A stretch of 64,000 bases of DNA from an uncultured Anaerolineales bacterium. GTDB taxonomy: Bacteria > Chloroflexota > Anaerolineae > B4-G1. A program made the translations under genes and the position numbers. This document shows, in pieces, positions 9,519-19,134 of the stretch (positions within the stretch are counted from its first letter, which is position 1; the number at the start of each line of letters is the position of its first letter). Below the pieces are notes generated by a model that did not search any database, was not told the origin of the DNA, and saw only the letters and a program-made list of their open reading frames with translations. The stretch is from NCBI GenBank assembly GCA_964450435.1, contig CAYVCX010000002.1:43760-107759 (forward strand), given 5' to 3'.

Positions 9519-10154
9519 ATGGCACTTGGCACTGGGCTCGGGACTCCGAGTCAGGCGCTGACGGTAATAACCGGACTCGCCTTCAGCGACCTTGTGAAGC
9601 AGCAGAGCGGCGAGAATCTCCACGCCTGTTACTACTGCCAGAAGTGTACTGCGGGCTGTCCAACAGCCTTCACGATGGACTACAAGCCCGCCCAACTCCT
9701 GCGCTTGATCCAGTTGGGGCAGAAGGACAGGGTCTTGGGGAGCCGGGCCATCTGGATGTGCATCGGGTGTGAGGCCTGCGGCACCCGCTGTCCCAACGAC
9801 ATACGCCTGGCACCGGTGATGGACGTGCTCCGCCATATGGCGCTCGATGAGGGATACAAGCCCGACACCGCTGTCTACTCCCTCCACCGGGCGTTCCTCG
9901 AAAGCATCCGCAGGTGGGGGCGCATGCACGAGGTCACCATGCTGGCCGAGTTCAAGACCCGCTGCCTCCTGTCCGAGTATTCCGTCTTCTTCGAGGGCCT
10001 GCTGGGGGATATGAAAATGGGCGGTGAGTTGATGTTGAAGGGGAAGCTTTCGTTTCTTCCGGACCGCATCAAGCGCATGGAGGAGATCAAGGCCCTGTAT
10101 GAGGAGGCCACCGATGCGTCGTCCCGTGAGGGTGAGTCGGAGGTGGGCGAGTGA
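9519..10154 (+). CDS. hdrC: Heterodisulfide reductase subunit C
   Basis: Motifs CYYCQKCTAGCP and CIGCEACGTRCP. A GGAGG RBS is present. It overlaps the following hdrB start by 4 nt. Confidence 0.8.
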   Translation: MALGTGLGTPSQALTVITGLAFSDLVKQQSGENLHACYYCQKCTAGCPTAFTMDYKPAQLLRLIQLGQKDRVLGSRAIWMCIGCEACGTRCPNDIRLAPVMDVLRHMALDEGYKPDTAVYSLHRAFLESIRRWGRMHEVTMLAEFKTRCLLSEYSVFFEGLLGDMKMGGELMLKGKLSFLPDRIKRMEEIKALYEEATDASSREGESEVGE

Positions 10155-10999
10155 GATACACGTACTATCCCGGGTGCACGGCTGAGACCACGGCTGTCGA
10201 GTTCGGCCTGTCCACCGAGGCGGTCTGTGAGGCTCTGGGCATGGAGTTGATCGAGATCGATGACTGGAACTGCTGCGGCGCCTCGTCGGCGCACAGCCTG
10301 GACCACGAGCTTGGTCTGTCCCTGCCCGGCCGTAATGTGGCCCTGGCTCAGAAGGCCGGGCTGGACATAGTGATTCCGTGCCCCGCCTGCTACCAGCACT
10401 GCCGCGACGCCGACATCAAGATGCGTGAGGACGAGGCCTGGCGCGCGAAGATGGAGAGGATCCTGGGGTTCCAATACGAGGGCGACGCGCTCCCGCGTCA
10501 CCTGCTGGAGGTCCTCAGCCGAGATTTCGACCGGGAGACCCTCAAAGAGAAAGTCAGCAGGCCCTTGAAAGGTCTCAAGGTAGCTTCCTACTACGGCTGC
10601 GTCCTGGTCCGCCCGCCGGAGCTAACCGGCTGGGACGATCCGGAGCATCCCACGACGATGGACCACCTGATGGCCGCTATCGGAGCCGAGATCGTCGACT
10701 GGTCCTACAAAGTAGATTGCTGCGGTGCGAGCATGACCCTCGCGCGCGGCGACATAGTCGTCGAGCTGTCCACCAAGGTCGTCGAAGGGGCCGTCGAAGC
10801 GGGCGCGGACTGTATTGTCTCCGCTTGCGGAATGTGCGAGATCAACCTTGATACGCGGCAGGCTGGCGAGAAGAAGATGCCTATTTTCTACTTCACCGAA
10901 CTGATGGGCCTCGCACTAGGGCTGCCCGGGATCGACAAGTGGTTGGGCAGACATAGCGTGGATCCCCGACCACTGCTTCGAGAACGAGGGCTTCTTTAG
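10151..10999 (+). CDS. hdrB: Heterodisulfide reductase subunit B
   Basis: N-terminal YYPGC and two CCG domains. It is translationally coupled to hdrC. Confidence 0.8.
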   Translation: MRYTYYPGCTAETTAVEFGLSTEAVCEALGMELIEIDDWNCCGASSAHSLDHELGLSLPGRNVALAQKAGLDIVIPCPACYQHCRDADIKMREDEAWRAKMERILGFQYEGDALPRHLLEVLSRDFDRETLKEKVSRPLKGLKVASYYGCVLVRPPELTGWDDPEHPTTMDHLMAAIGAEIVDWSYKVDCCGASMTLARGDIVVELSTKVVEGAVEAGADCIVSACGMCEINLDTRQAGEKKMPIFYFTELMGLALGLPGIDKWLGRHSVDPRPLLRERGLL

Positions 11000-11023
11000 A
11001 GAGGGCAACACGCGAGAGGACTT

Positions 11024-14000
11024 ATGAGCGACAACAACGGATCTCTCAGGACTGAAGCAAAGTCTGCCGGAAGCGACGCCGTCCTGGTTGTCGGTGCCGG
11101 CATTGGTGGTATGCAGTCAGCCTTGCTTCTCGCTGAAACCGGACACCAGGTCTACCTGCTGGATAGCTCTCCCGGCATCGGGGGCTCGATGCATCTGCTG
11201 GACCGCACGTTCCCCACCGATTCGTGCGGCATTTGCCTGATGCTGCCGGGACGGGCGGCGTATTGCCCCACCATCGAGTGTGATCTTCACGCAAACATCC
11301 AGATTCTTGCTTATGCCGAGGTAGAAGATGTGGCGGGCGAGGCCGGGAGTTTCACGGTCACGGTGCGCCGCAAACCGCGCTACGTGGACGTTGAGCTGTG
11401 TAACAACTGTGGTCTCTGTGCTGAGGTCTGTCCCGCGGACCTTCCCCACCAGTACGAAGGAACTGTGGCACCGCAGAAGGCGATCTACCAGCCGCCCATC
11501 CGCGCCATTCCGTCCACCTACGTCATCGACATGGATTACTGCACCCGCTGCGGCGAGTGCGTCGCGGTGTGCCCCATTGAGGCTGTCGACCTGGAGATGG
11601 CCGAGACCCAGGAGCAGATCCAGGTGGCGGCCGTGGTGATGAGCCCGGGCTACGAGCCCTTCGACGCGGGCGTCAAGGGGGAGTACGGTTTCGGGCACTA
11701 CGACAATGTTCTATCGAGCATCCAATTTGAGCGCATGATCAGCATCTCTGGCTCCACCGGGGCGGATATCGTGCGGCCATCCGATGGTGAGTCGCCGCAG
11801 CGGGTCGCTTTCATCCAGTGCGTCGGGTCCCGGGATTCCTCTATTGATCGCGGCTACTGTTCCTCAGTCTGCTGCATGTACACCGCCAAGCAGGTGCAGG
11901 TCGCCAAGAGGCTCGATCCCGACCTCGATGTGACGGTCTTCTTCATGGACATCCGTGCCCACGGCAAGGACTTCGACGAGTATTTTGATCAGGTGGAGGC
12001 GATGCCGGGCGTGAACTATCGCCGTGCGATGGTCTCCTCGGTCCACGAATACAAGCAGACGGGCGACCTGCAGCTCAACTTCGTCGGAGAGGACGGGACG
12101 GTCCGTGAGGAGGATTTCGACATGGTAGTGCTCTCGGTGGGCTTCGAGCCTCCCCAGGGCTTCCGGGATCTGGGCCAGGCCTTGAACGTCGATTTGAACC
12201 GCCACGGCTTTGGCCAGTCGGACACGTTCCATCCCGGTGAAAGCTCGCAGCCGGGCATCTTCGTCAGTGGCGCTTTCCGGGAGCCCAAGGACATCCCGGA
12301 GACCGTCGTCGAGGCCTCGGCCGTCGCAGCCAGCGCTGCTCGCCTCCTGGAGCAGGTCCGGGTTCCCTCTGGCGTGCCGGCGAAACCTGTGCCCAGCGTT
12401 GACACTCAGCCCGAGGAGCGGGACGTCAGCCGCGAATGGCCCCGCGTGGGCGTCTTCCTGTGCGACTGCCGGGGAGAGGTTGGCTCGGTGGTCGACCTGC
12501 AGGATGTCTCCGAGTACGCGGGGGGCCTCCAGGACGTGGCCCTGGTACAGGCCATGGATAATGCCTGCCTGTTGAGCGGCCGCGAGCAGATTCTCCAGGC
12601 GATCGAGGAGGCCGAGCTCAATCGTGTGGTGATCGCGGGTTGCCCTGCCCGGGAGTATCAATCGGTCTTCGAGGATCTGATGCGTGGTGCGGGTCTGAAT
12701 CCTGCCTTGATGGAGCGAGTCAATCTCCGCGGCGAGATAGCCTGGGTTCATCAGGGGAATGGGACGCACGCTACTGCCAAGGCCAAAGAGCTGGTCCACA
12801 TGGCCGTCGCCGGCGTCCGGATGGACCAGCCGATCTACTTCGAAGATCAGGAACTCTCGCAGCGAGCCTTGGTAGTCGGCGGGGGGCTGGCCGGAATGAC
12901 GGCTGCCCGTAGCTTGGCGCAGATGGGCCACGAGGTGGACCTGGTGGAGGCCTCAAGTGAGCTCGGCGGACAACTGAACGAGCTGCGCTATCTGCCCACC
13001 GGGGAGGATCCTGTGGCATTCACCACCTCGCTCATCGAGGCGGTGGAGAGCGCCAGCCAAATTCACATCTACCGCGACGCTCAGATCGACGGGGTCTCCG
13101 GCTGCGTCGGGCAGTATCAGACGAACCTGGCCCTGGCCGATGGAGACCGCGAGACGCTGCGCCACGGCGTGCTCATCGTGGCCACCGGCGGGCAAGAGGT
13201 TGTTCCGACCGAGTATTTGTACGGAGAGAGCCCCCAGGTGGTCACCCAGCGAGAGCTCGAGAAGCTGCTGGAGGCAGATGGGGATGTACCCTCCGATGTG
13301 GTGATGATTCAGTGTGTCGGCTCGCGAGAGCCTGAACGTCCCTACTGCAGCCGCATCTGTTGCACCAAAGCCGTCTCCAATGCGCTCCGCATCAAGGAGC
13401 GCAATCCGGATGCGCGGGTGTTCGTGCTCTACCGGGAGATGCGTACCTACGGTTTCCGCGAGGACTACTACCGGGAGGCGCGCGAGAAGGGCGTGATCTT
13501 CCTCCGCTATGAGCTGCCCGACAAACCCCGGGTCGCGGCGGGTGACGGGCAGTTGAGCGTCCGGCTTCGGGAGCCGGTCACCGGCGAACAGGTGGACCTG
13601 CAAGCCGACATGCTTGTGTTGAGCACGGGGATCGATCCCCATGACGTGGGCGACCTTGCTCGCATGCTCGATGTGTCGCTGGACAAGAACGGGTTCTTCC
13701 AGGAGGAATACCCCAAGATGCGGCCCCTCGATTTCACGAAGCGGGGTATCTTTATGTGCGGACTGGCGCACTCGCCGCGATTCCTGGACGAGACCATCGT
13801 GCAAGCGCAGGGCGCGGCCATGCGTGCCGCTGCGTTGCTCCAACAGCAGACGTTGCAGGCCCCGGTGCCTCCGGTCCTGGTGAATGAGCGCCTGTGCACC
13901 GCATGCGGCCAATGTGTCGAGATCTGTCCCTACGGGGCCCGCGTGCTCGAGGCCGGGGCCCATACGGCCGAGGTGATCGAGGTGCTGTGTCAGGGTTGCG

Positions 14001-14092
14001 GTGCCTGTGTTGTTGCCTGCCCGAACAAGGCCACGCGGCGGCAGGGCGCCGAGATTTCCAGCGTGTATCGCATGCTGGAGTCAGTCGCATAG
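11024..14092 (+). CDS. hdrA: Tandem HdrA-like flavoprotein (1022 aa). N-terminal half is an FAD domain with the Cys-rich motif; C-terminal half has an N-terminal Cys-rich Fe-S domain, an FAD-like domain with a degenerate motif, and a C-terminal 2x[4Fe-4S]
   Basis: GxGxxG motifs at residues about 23 and about 616. Motif DRTFPTDSCGICLMLP in the first half versus LNELRYLPTGED in the second. Motif VFLCDCRGEVG marks the N-terminal Fe-S domain, and ferredoxin motifs lie at the C-terminus. Confidence 0.8.
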   Translation: MSDNNGSLRTEAKSAGSDAVLVVGAGIGGMQSALLLAETGHQVYLLDSSPGIGGSMHLLDRTFPTDSCGICLMLPGRAAYCPTIECDLHANIQILAYAEVEDVAGEAGSFTVTVRRKPRYVDVELCNNCGLCAEVCPADLPHQYEGTVAPQKAIYQPPIRAIPSTYVIDMDYCTRCGECVAVCPIEAVDLEMAETQEQIQVAAVVMSPGYEPFDAGVKGEYGFGHYDNVLSSIQFERMISISGSTGADIVRPSDGESPQRVAFIQCVGSRDSSIDRGYCSSVCCMYTAKQVQVAKRLDPDLDVTVFFMDIRAHGKDFDEYFDQVEAMPGVNYRRAMVSSVHEYKQTGDLQLNFVGEDGTVREEDFDMVVLSVGFEPPQGFRDLGQALNVDLNRHGFGQSDTFHPGESSQPGIFVSGAFREPKDIPETVVEASAVAASAARLLEQVRVPSGVPAKPVPSVDTQPEERDVSREWPRVGVFLCDCRGEVGSVVDLQDVSEYAGGLQDVALVQAMDNACLLSGREQILQAIEEAELNRVVIAGCPAREYQSVFEDLMRGAGLNPALMERVNLRGEIAWVHQGNGTHATAKAKELVHMAVAGVRMDQPIYFEDQELSQRALVVGGGLAGMTAARSLAQMGHEVDLVEASSELGGQLNELRYLPTGEDPVAFTTSLIEAVESASQIHIYRDAQIDGVSGCVGQYQTNLALADGDRETLRHGVLIVATGGQEVVPTEYLYGESPQVVTQRELEKLLEADGDVPSDVVMIQCVGSREPERPYCSRICCTKAVSNALRIKERNPDARVFVLYREMRTYGFREDYYREAREKGVIFLRYELPDKPRVAAGDGQLSVRLREPVTGEQVDLQADMLVLSTGIDPHDVGDLARMLDVSLDKNGFFQEEYPKMRPLDFTKRGIFMCGLAHSPRFLDETIVQAQGAAMRAAALLQQQTLQAPVPPVLVNERLCTACGQCVEICPYGARVLEAGAHTAEVIEVLCQGCGACVVACPNKATRRQGAEISSVYRMLESVA

Positions 14093-14139
14093 AGATTGAC
14101 CAATAGAGCTGGTCGAGGTTTTCTTGGAGGAGGACGAAC

Positions 14140-15465
14140 GTGGGCAAAGGTGAACCAGGGGCGGTGGTGATTGGTGCTGGCATTGCTGGCATCCAGGCTG
14201 CGCTCGACATCGCGGATGCGGGCTTTCACGTGTATCTCGTGGAGCGCGAACCATCTGTCGGCGGGCGCATGGCTCAGCTAGACAAGACGTTTCCGACCCT
14301 GGACTGCTCTTCGTGCATCCTGACGCCCAAGATGGTCGACGTGGGCCAGCATCCCAACATCGAGCTGATGACCTATTCGGAGGTGGCGTCGGTCGAGAAG
14401 GATGATGGGGTCTTCCACGTGCGAGTGCGCAAGAAGCCCCGGTACGTGGACGTCGATCTGTGCCGTGGGTGTGGTGACTGCGCTGAAGCCTGTCGTCTCA
14501 AAGGGCGCGTTTCGAGCAACTTCGATGCGGGTATCGCCAACAGGTCGGCTATTTACGTACCTTTCCCTCAAGCAGTCCCGCTGAAGTACACCATCGACCC
14601 GGAGGCGTGCCTCTATCTGACCCGCGGGGTCTGTGGACGTACGTTCAAGTGCAAGGACGCCTGTCCAGCCGAGGCCATCGATTTCGAGCAGGAAGAGGAG
14701 TTCGTGGACGTCGATGTGAGGACCATCGTTGTGGCCACGGGGTTCGATATCATCGAGCCGGAGACCAAGCCGGAATACGCCTACGGTGTCTATCCCCAGG
14801 TGATGACGGGCATCGAGTTTGAGCGGCTTTCTGATGCCTCGGGGCCCACAAGAGGACAGATTCTGATCGATGGAAAGAAGCCGAAAGATGTCGTGTTCAT
14901 CAAGTGCGTCGGCTCCCGAGACCCGCATACGGGAGTCCCCTACTGCTCTCGAGTCTGCTGTATGTATACGGCGAAACACGCTCATCTGGTGCGAGAAAAG
15001 GTGCCCGAAGCGAACATCACCGTCTTCTATATGGACGTGCGCGCTTTCGGTAAGGGATACGAGGAGTTCTACGATCGTGTGAAGCACGAACGAGTCAACT
15101 ACCGGCGCGGAGAACCCTCCGAGGTCTATCGACGCGGCGACAAGCTGGTTGTGCTGGCCGAGGATACCAGTCTGGGAGAGGTCGTTGAGGTCGAGGCCGA
15201 TCTGGTGGTCCTGGCAACGGCCATTGTGCCACGAACGGACATACAGGATGTCGCCGAGGTGTTGGGCTTGGAGCGGTCTGCGGATGGGTTCTTCCAGGAG
15301 TCGGACACGAAGCTGCGTCCGGTCGACACGAATGTGGAGAACGTCTTTGTGGCCGGCTGTTGCCAGAGCCCCAAGGATATCCCGGATACAGTCGCACAGG
15401 CGAAAGCCGCGGCTTCTTGCGCGTTGAGGGTGTTGGTCCGAGCCAGGGAAGCCGTGCCCGCTTAG
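14140..15465 (+). CDS. hdrA: HdrA-like FAD protein, short form (N-half type, 441 aa) with intact DKTFPTLDCSSCIL motif
   Basis: The GAGIAGIQAA FAD fold, the FPTLDCSSCIL motif and an internal ferredoxin motif are all present. Confidence 0.8.
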   Translation: MGKGEPGAVVIGAGIAGIQAALDIADAGFHVYLVEREPSVGGRMAQLDKTFPTLDCSSCILTPKMVDVGQHPNIELMTYSEVASVEKDDGVFHVRVRKKPRYVDVDLCRGCGDCAEACRLKGRVSSNFDAGIANRSAIYVPFPQAVPLKYTIDPEACLYLTRGVCGRTFKCKDACPAEAIDFEQEEEFVDVDVRTIVVATGFDIIEPETKPEYAYGVYPQVMTGIEFERLSDASGPTRGQILIDGKKPKDVVFIKCVGSRDPHTGVPYCSRVCCMYTAKHAHLVREKVPEANITVFYMDVRAFGKGYEEFYDRVKHERVNYRRGEPSEVYRRGDKLVVLAEDTSLGEVVEVEADLVVLATAIVPRTDIQDVAEVLGLERSADGFFQESDTKLRPVDTNVENVFVAGCCQSPKDIPDTVAQAKAAASCALRVLVRAREAVPA

Positions 15466-15598
15466 CCCTCCAACCGCGCTTGTCATTCTAGGGAGTGTGG
15501 CAGGTGCAGCGGGGTGACGGCGAAGAATCTCCCTGATGTTGGATTGACTTTTCCAGCGATGCGGGGCTGTGAGCGGTAGGGTGGTAGAGGAGAACGAG

Positions 15599-16774
15599 AT
15601 GGCATTGAAGACAGCAAGCATGGCCGAGAAGTTGGAGCTCTTCGGCTGCATTCAGTGTGGGAAGTGCACGGGCGGATGTCCCGTGGCGCGTAAGACGACG
15701 CTCAACATTCGTACGTTGATCTACCACATGCTGGTTGACCCGGATATGGATGTGGATGCCCATCAGGAGTTGTGGGATTGCACCTCGTGCTTTACCTGCG
15801 TCGAGCGCTGTCCCAAGGACGTGGAGCCAGCCGAGTTGATCATCTCCTTGCGCGGCGAGCTGGTGGAGAGCGGCCGCGTCCCCGAGACCGTCGGTACTGC
15901 GCTGATGGGCATCTTCCGGCAGGGCAATCCGAGCGGTATGGCCCGCCAGGATCGTGAGTTGTGGGCAGAAGGCGTCGAGGACAGCCTGCAGCGGGCCAAG
16001 CAGGCGGTGCAGGAGGGGTGCGACCTGCTCTATTTCGTGGGCTGTATTCCTTCCTACGACCAGCGGATACACCCTGTCGCTCGCGCGCTCTTGAAGATCT
16101 TTGAGAGCGCGGGGCTGACCGTGGGCACCCTGGGCACACAGGAATCGTGCTGCGGGAATGAGGTCCGGCGGATGGGCGAGGTGGGGCTGTTTGAGATGCT
16201 CGCCGAGGAGAACGGTGAGCTTCTCCGCAGTGTCGGGGCCCGGCGGATAGTCACCACCTCACCTCACTGCTTTAACACCTTCGTGAATGAGTACGGTCTC
16301 GATGAGATGGAGGTGCTGCATTACACGCAGCTTCTGGCGAACCTCATCGAGAACGGCGAAGTGGCCTTCCCGGGGAGCCTGGCCGCAGAGGACGGCAGCG
16401 AGAAGGTGGTAACCTATCACGACCCCTGCTTCCTGGGCAAGCAGAATCATATCTATGACGAACCCCGCGCGATCCTGGATGCCATTCCTGGCGTCAAGCT
16501 GGTGGAGATGGACCGCAGTCGCGAGCGTAGCCTCTGCTGCGAGGGCGGCGGCGGACGCATGTGGGTCGAGGGGACGAATCTGGAGGAGCGGCTCGCCTTT
16601 CAGCGCGTTCAGGAAGCGGCGGAGACGGGGGCGGAGGTCCTGGCTGTGGCCTGCCCGTTCTGTCTGCTGACCCTCGAGGACGCGGTGAAGGTGGAAGGCC
16701 TGGACGAGCAGTTGCGGGTGATGGACATCATGGAGCTGGTCGAGCTGGCCTCAGAGGAGACGGACGAGGAGTGA
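15599..16774 (+). CDS. hdrD: HdrD-like fused HdrC-HdrB Fe-S oxidoreductase (GlcF/LutA family)
   Basis: N-terminal 2x[4Fe-4S] (CIQCGKCTGGCP, CTSCFTCVERCP) followed by two CCG domains. A GAGGAG RBS precedes the ATG at 15599. Confidence 0.75.
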   Translation: MALKTASMAEKLELFGCIQCGKCTGGCPVARKTTLNIRTLIYHMLVDPDMDVDAHQELWDCTSCFTCVERCPKDVEPAELIISLRGELVESGRVPETVGTALMGIFRQGNPSGMARQDRELWAEGVEDSLQRAKQAVQEGCDLLYFVGCIPSYDQRIHPVARALLKIFESAGLTVGTLGTQESCCGNEVRRMGEVGLFEMLAEENGELLRSVGARRIVTTSPHCFNTFVNEYGLDEMEVLHYTQLLANLIENGEVAFPGSLAAEDGSEKVVTYHDPCFLGKQNHIYDEPRAILDAIPGVKLVEMDRSRERSLCCEGGGGRMWVEGTNLEERLAFQRVQEAAETGAEVLAVACPFCLLTLEDAVKVEGLDEQLRVMDIMELVELASEETDEE

Positions 16775-16847
16775 GCGGCGAGGCGCCCGGGCGACTACCC
16801 GCCCAGGGGCCCGCGCGCTCGTGCTCCTGGCTTGAGTGGGTGACATT

Positions 16848-18602
16848 ATGAAACAAGAACCCCGTATCGGTGTGTACGTTTGCCATTGCGGCGTGAACAT
16901 CGCTTCCGTGGTTGACGTGGAGGCGGTGGCCGAGGCTGCGGCCGACCTGCCGGGTGTGGTGGTCGCCAGGCACTACACCTATATGTGCTCTGACCCGGGG
17001 CAGGCGCTGATCAAGGAGGATATTCGTGAACGTGGACTGAACCGGGTTGTTGTGGCGTCCTGTTCGCCCCGCATGCACGAGCCCACTTTCCGGGCGGCCG
17101 CTCAGCAGGAAGGGGTGAATCCGTACCAGGTGGACATGGCCAACATCCGCGAGCAGTGCTCGTGGGTCCATAAGGACCACGAGAAGGCCACACAGAAAGC
17201 CATCTCGCTCGTGGCTTCGTCAGTGGCCAGAGCAGCCTGCCTCGAGTCTCTCGAGGAGCGTGAGGTCGACGTTACGCCCGGCGCGGTTGTCATCGGTGGC
17301 GGAATCGCGGGTATGACCGCTGCCCTTGACATTGCCGACACCGGCTTGCCCGCCTACCTGATAGAGAAGGAGGATCACCTCGGCGGGCGCGTCTCGGCGC
17401 TCAACCGCACGTTTCCAACCTTGGAATCGGTGTCGGATTTGCTGGAGCCCTTCGTTGCGCGGGTTCACCAGCATCCGAATATCACTGTCTTTCTTCGTTC
17501 CCGTGTGTCCAACGTTGACGGGTACGTGGGCAATTTCCACGTGGAGATCTCCCGGGATGAGCGAGCCGGGGCCGAGGCGAGGGACGGTGAAGCTGCGGAG
17601 CACGCGTCCCTCCGCTCCGAGGTGAAAGCCGGCTCGATCATCGTGGCCACAGGGTATGACGTCTTCAACCCGGACCGGACTCCTGAGCTCGGCTACAGCG
17701 ACTACCCCAATGTGATTACCTCCCTGGAGATGGAGGAGCGTCTGCTGGAGGGCGATCTGACGGTGGACGGGCGCACTCCGGAACGCGTGGCATTCATCCA
17801 GTGTGTGGGATCGCGGGACAAACAGCTGGGCAATCCGCACTGTTCGCGGGTCTGCTGCATGTACACTGCCAAGCAGTCCCGCCTGGTGCGCGAGATGGTT
17901 CCCGAGGCGGAGGTGACCGTCTTCTACATCGACGTGCGAACCTTTGGCAAGGGAGCAGAGGAGTTCTACGACGAGGCCCGTAACAAAGGGGTCCGCTACC
18001 GCCGGGGGAACGTCTCGGAGATCTATCGGCGCAGGCGGAGCGAGGGTGGCGATCGCGTCGTCTTGATAGCGGAGGACACATTGCTCGGCCAGCCCATTGA
18101 GTTTGAGGCGGATCTCGTGGTCCTTGCCGTCGGCATGGAGCCCCGAGATAGTGCCGGCACGGTCTCGCAACTCCTGAAACTGCCGCGCTCCTCCGACGGG
18201 TTCTTCCTGGAGGCCCACCCCAAGTTGAGGCCTGTGGATACGGCGATGGCGGGTGTCTTCCTCGCTGGCTGTTGCCAGGGCCCCAAAGACATTCCCGACA
18301 CCGTTGCCCAGGCCAAGGCGGCGGCCTCCTCGGCGCTGATACCCTTGATTCGCGGGTCCGTGCCCGTTGAATCGGCAACGGCCGTGGTGAGCGAGGAGCT
18401 TTGTGCCGGGTGTGGCATGTGCGCCGATGTCTGTCCCTATGATGCGCCGGCCCTGGACACGCTGTGGGGCGTCTCGCGCATCAACCCCGTCCTCTGTGAG
18501 GGCTGCGGGGCGTGTGCCGTTACCTGCCCCTCCAGGGCCATTCGACTCCAGCACTTCACTGTCGAGCAGGTGCTGGCGCAGGTGGACGCCCTGGTCGGGT
18601 AG
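16848..18602 (+). CDS. hdrA: HdrA (classical domain order: N-terminal Cys-rich domain, FAD domain, C-terminal ferredoxins), but with a degenerate FAD-site Cys motif
   Basis: N-terminus IGVYVCHCGVNIASV is typical of HdrA. The expected DKTFPTxDCxxCIL is replaced by NRTFPTLESVSDLLEP, which has no cysteines. Confidence 0.8.
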   Translation: MKQEPRIGVYVCHCGVNIASVVDVEAVAEAAADLPGVVVARHYTYMCSDPGQALIKEDIRERGLNRVVVASCSPRMHEPTFRAAAQQEGVNPYQVDMANIREQCSWVHKDHEKATQKAISLVASSVARAACLESLEEREVDVTPGAVVIGGGIAGMTAALDIADTGLPAYLIEKEDHLGGRVSALNRTFPTLESVSDLLEPFVARVHQHPNITVFLRSRVSNVDGYVGNFHVEISRDERAGAEARDGEAAEHASLRSEVKAGSIIVATGYDVFNPDRTPELGYSDYPNVITSLEMEERLLEGDLTVDGRTPERVAFIQCVGSRDKQLGNPHCSRVCCMYTAKQSRLVREMVPEAEVTVFYIDVRTFGKGAEEFYDEARNKGVRYRRGNVSEIYRRRRSEGGDRVVLIAEDTLLGQPIEFEADLVVLAVGMEPRDSAGTVSQLLKLPRSSDGFFLEAHPKLRPVDTAMAGVFLAGCCQGPKDIPDTVAQAKAAASSALIPLIRGSVPVESATAVVSEELCAGCGMCADVCPYDAPALDTLWGVSRINPVLCEGCGACAVTCPSRAIRLQHFTVEQVLAQVDALVG

Positions 18603-18659
18603 GGAGACTGTCGTGATTCTGAGAGCGTACGCTTAACGGGATATTGAGGAGAGAAACTA

Positions 18660-19088
18660 ATGAGTGAGGAGCAGTTCGAGCCCAAGATAGTAGGTTTCCT
18701 CTGCAACTGGTGCACGTACACCGGTGCTGATCTGGCTGGAACGTCGCGGATCCAGTATCCGCCCAACGTGCGGATCATCCGCCTGATGTGCTCCGGGTCG
18801 GTGGACCCTACCTACGTGCTCAAGCCGCTGCTTGATGGCGCCGACGGTGTCCTGGTCGGTGGCTGTCATCCCGGCGACTGTCACTACCAGTCGGGGAATT
18901 ATAAAGCCCGTCGCCGCATCATAGCCCTGAAAGAGATCCTGAAGAACGCTGGCCTGGATGAGGAGCGCGTGTGGTTGCGCTGGATCTCCGCGTCGGAAGG
19001 ACAGCGATTTGCGGACACCGTCACGGAGATGACCGAATTCCTCCGCGAGAAAGGGCCGAACCCGATGCGCAGGGAATGGGCTGTCTAG
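18660..19088 (+). CDS. mvhD: MvhD (methyl-viologen-reducing hydrogenase delta subunit family; 2Fe-2S electron-transfer protein for HdrA)
   Basis: Motifs FLCNWCTYTGADLAG, CSG and GGCHPGDCHY. A GAGGAGAG RBS is present. Confidence 0.85.
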   Translation: MSEEQFEPKIVGFLCNWCTYTGADLAGTSRIQYPPNVRIIRLMCSGSVDPTYVLKPLLDGADGVLVGGCHPGDCHYQSGNYKARRRIIALKEILKNAGLDEERVWLRWISASEGQRFADTVTEMTEFLREKGPNPMRREWAV

Positions 19089-19134
19089 GAAGCCGGGCTT
19101 GTCCAAGAGCCCCGGTCTGTAGAGGGAGAGTGCA

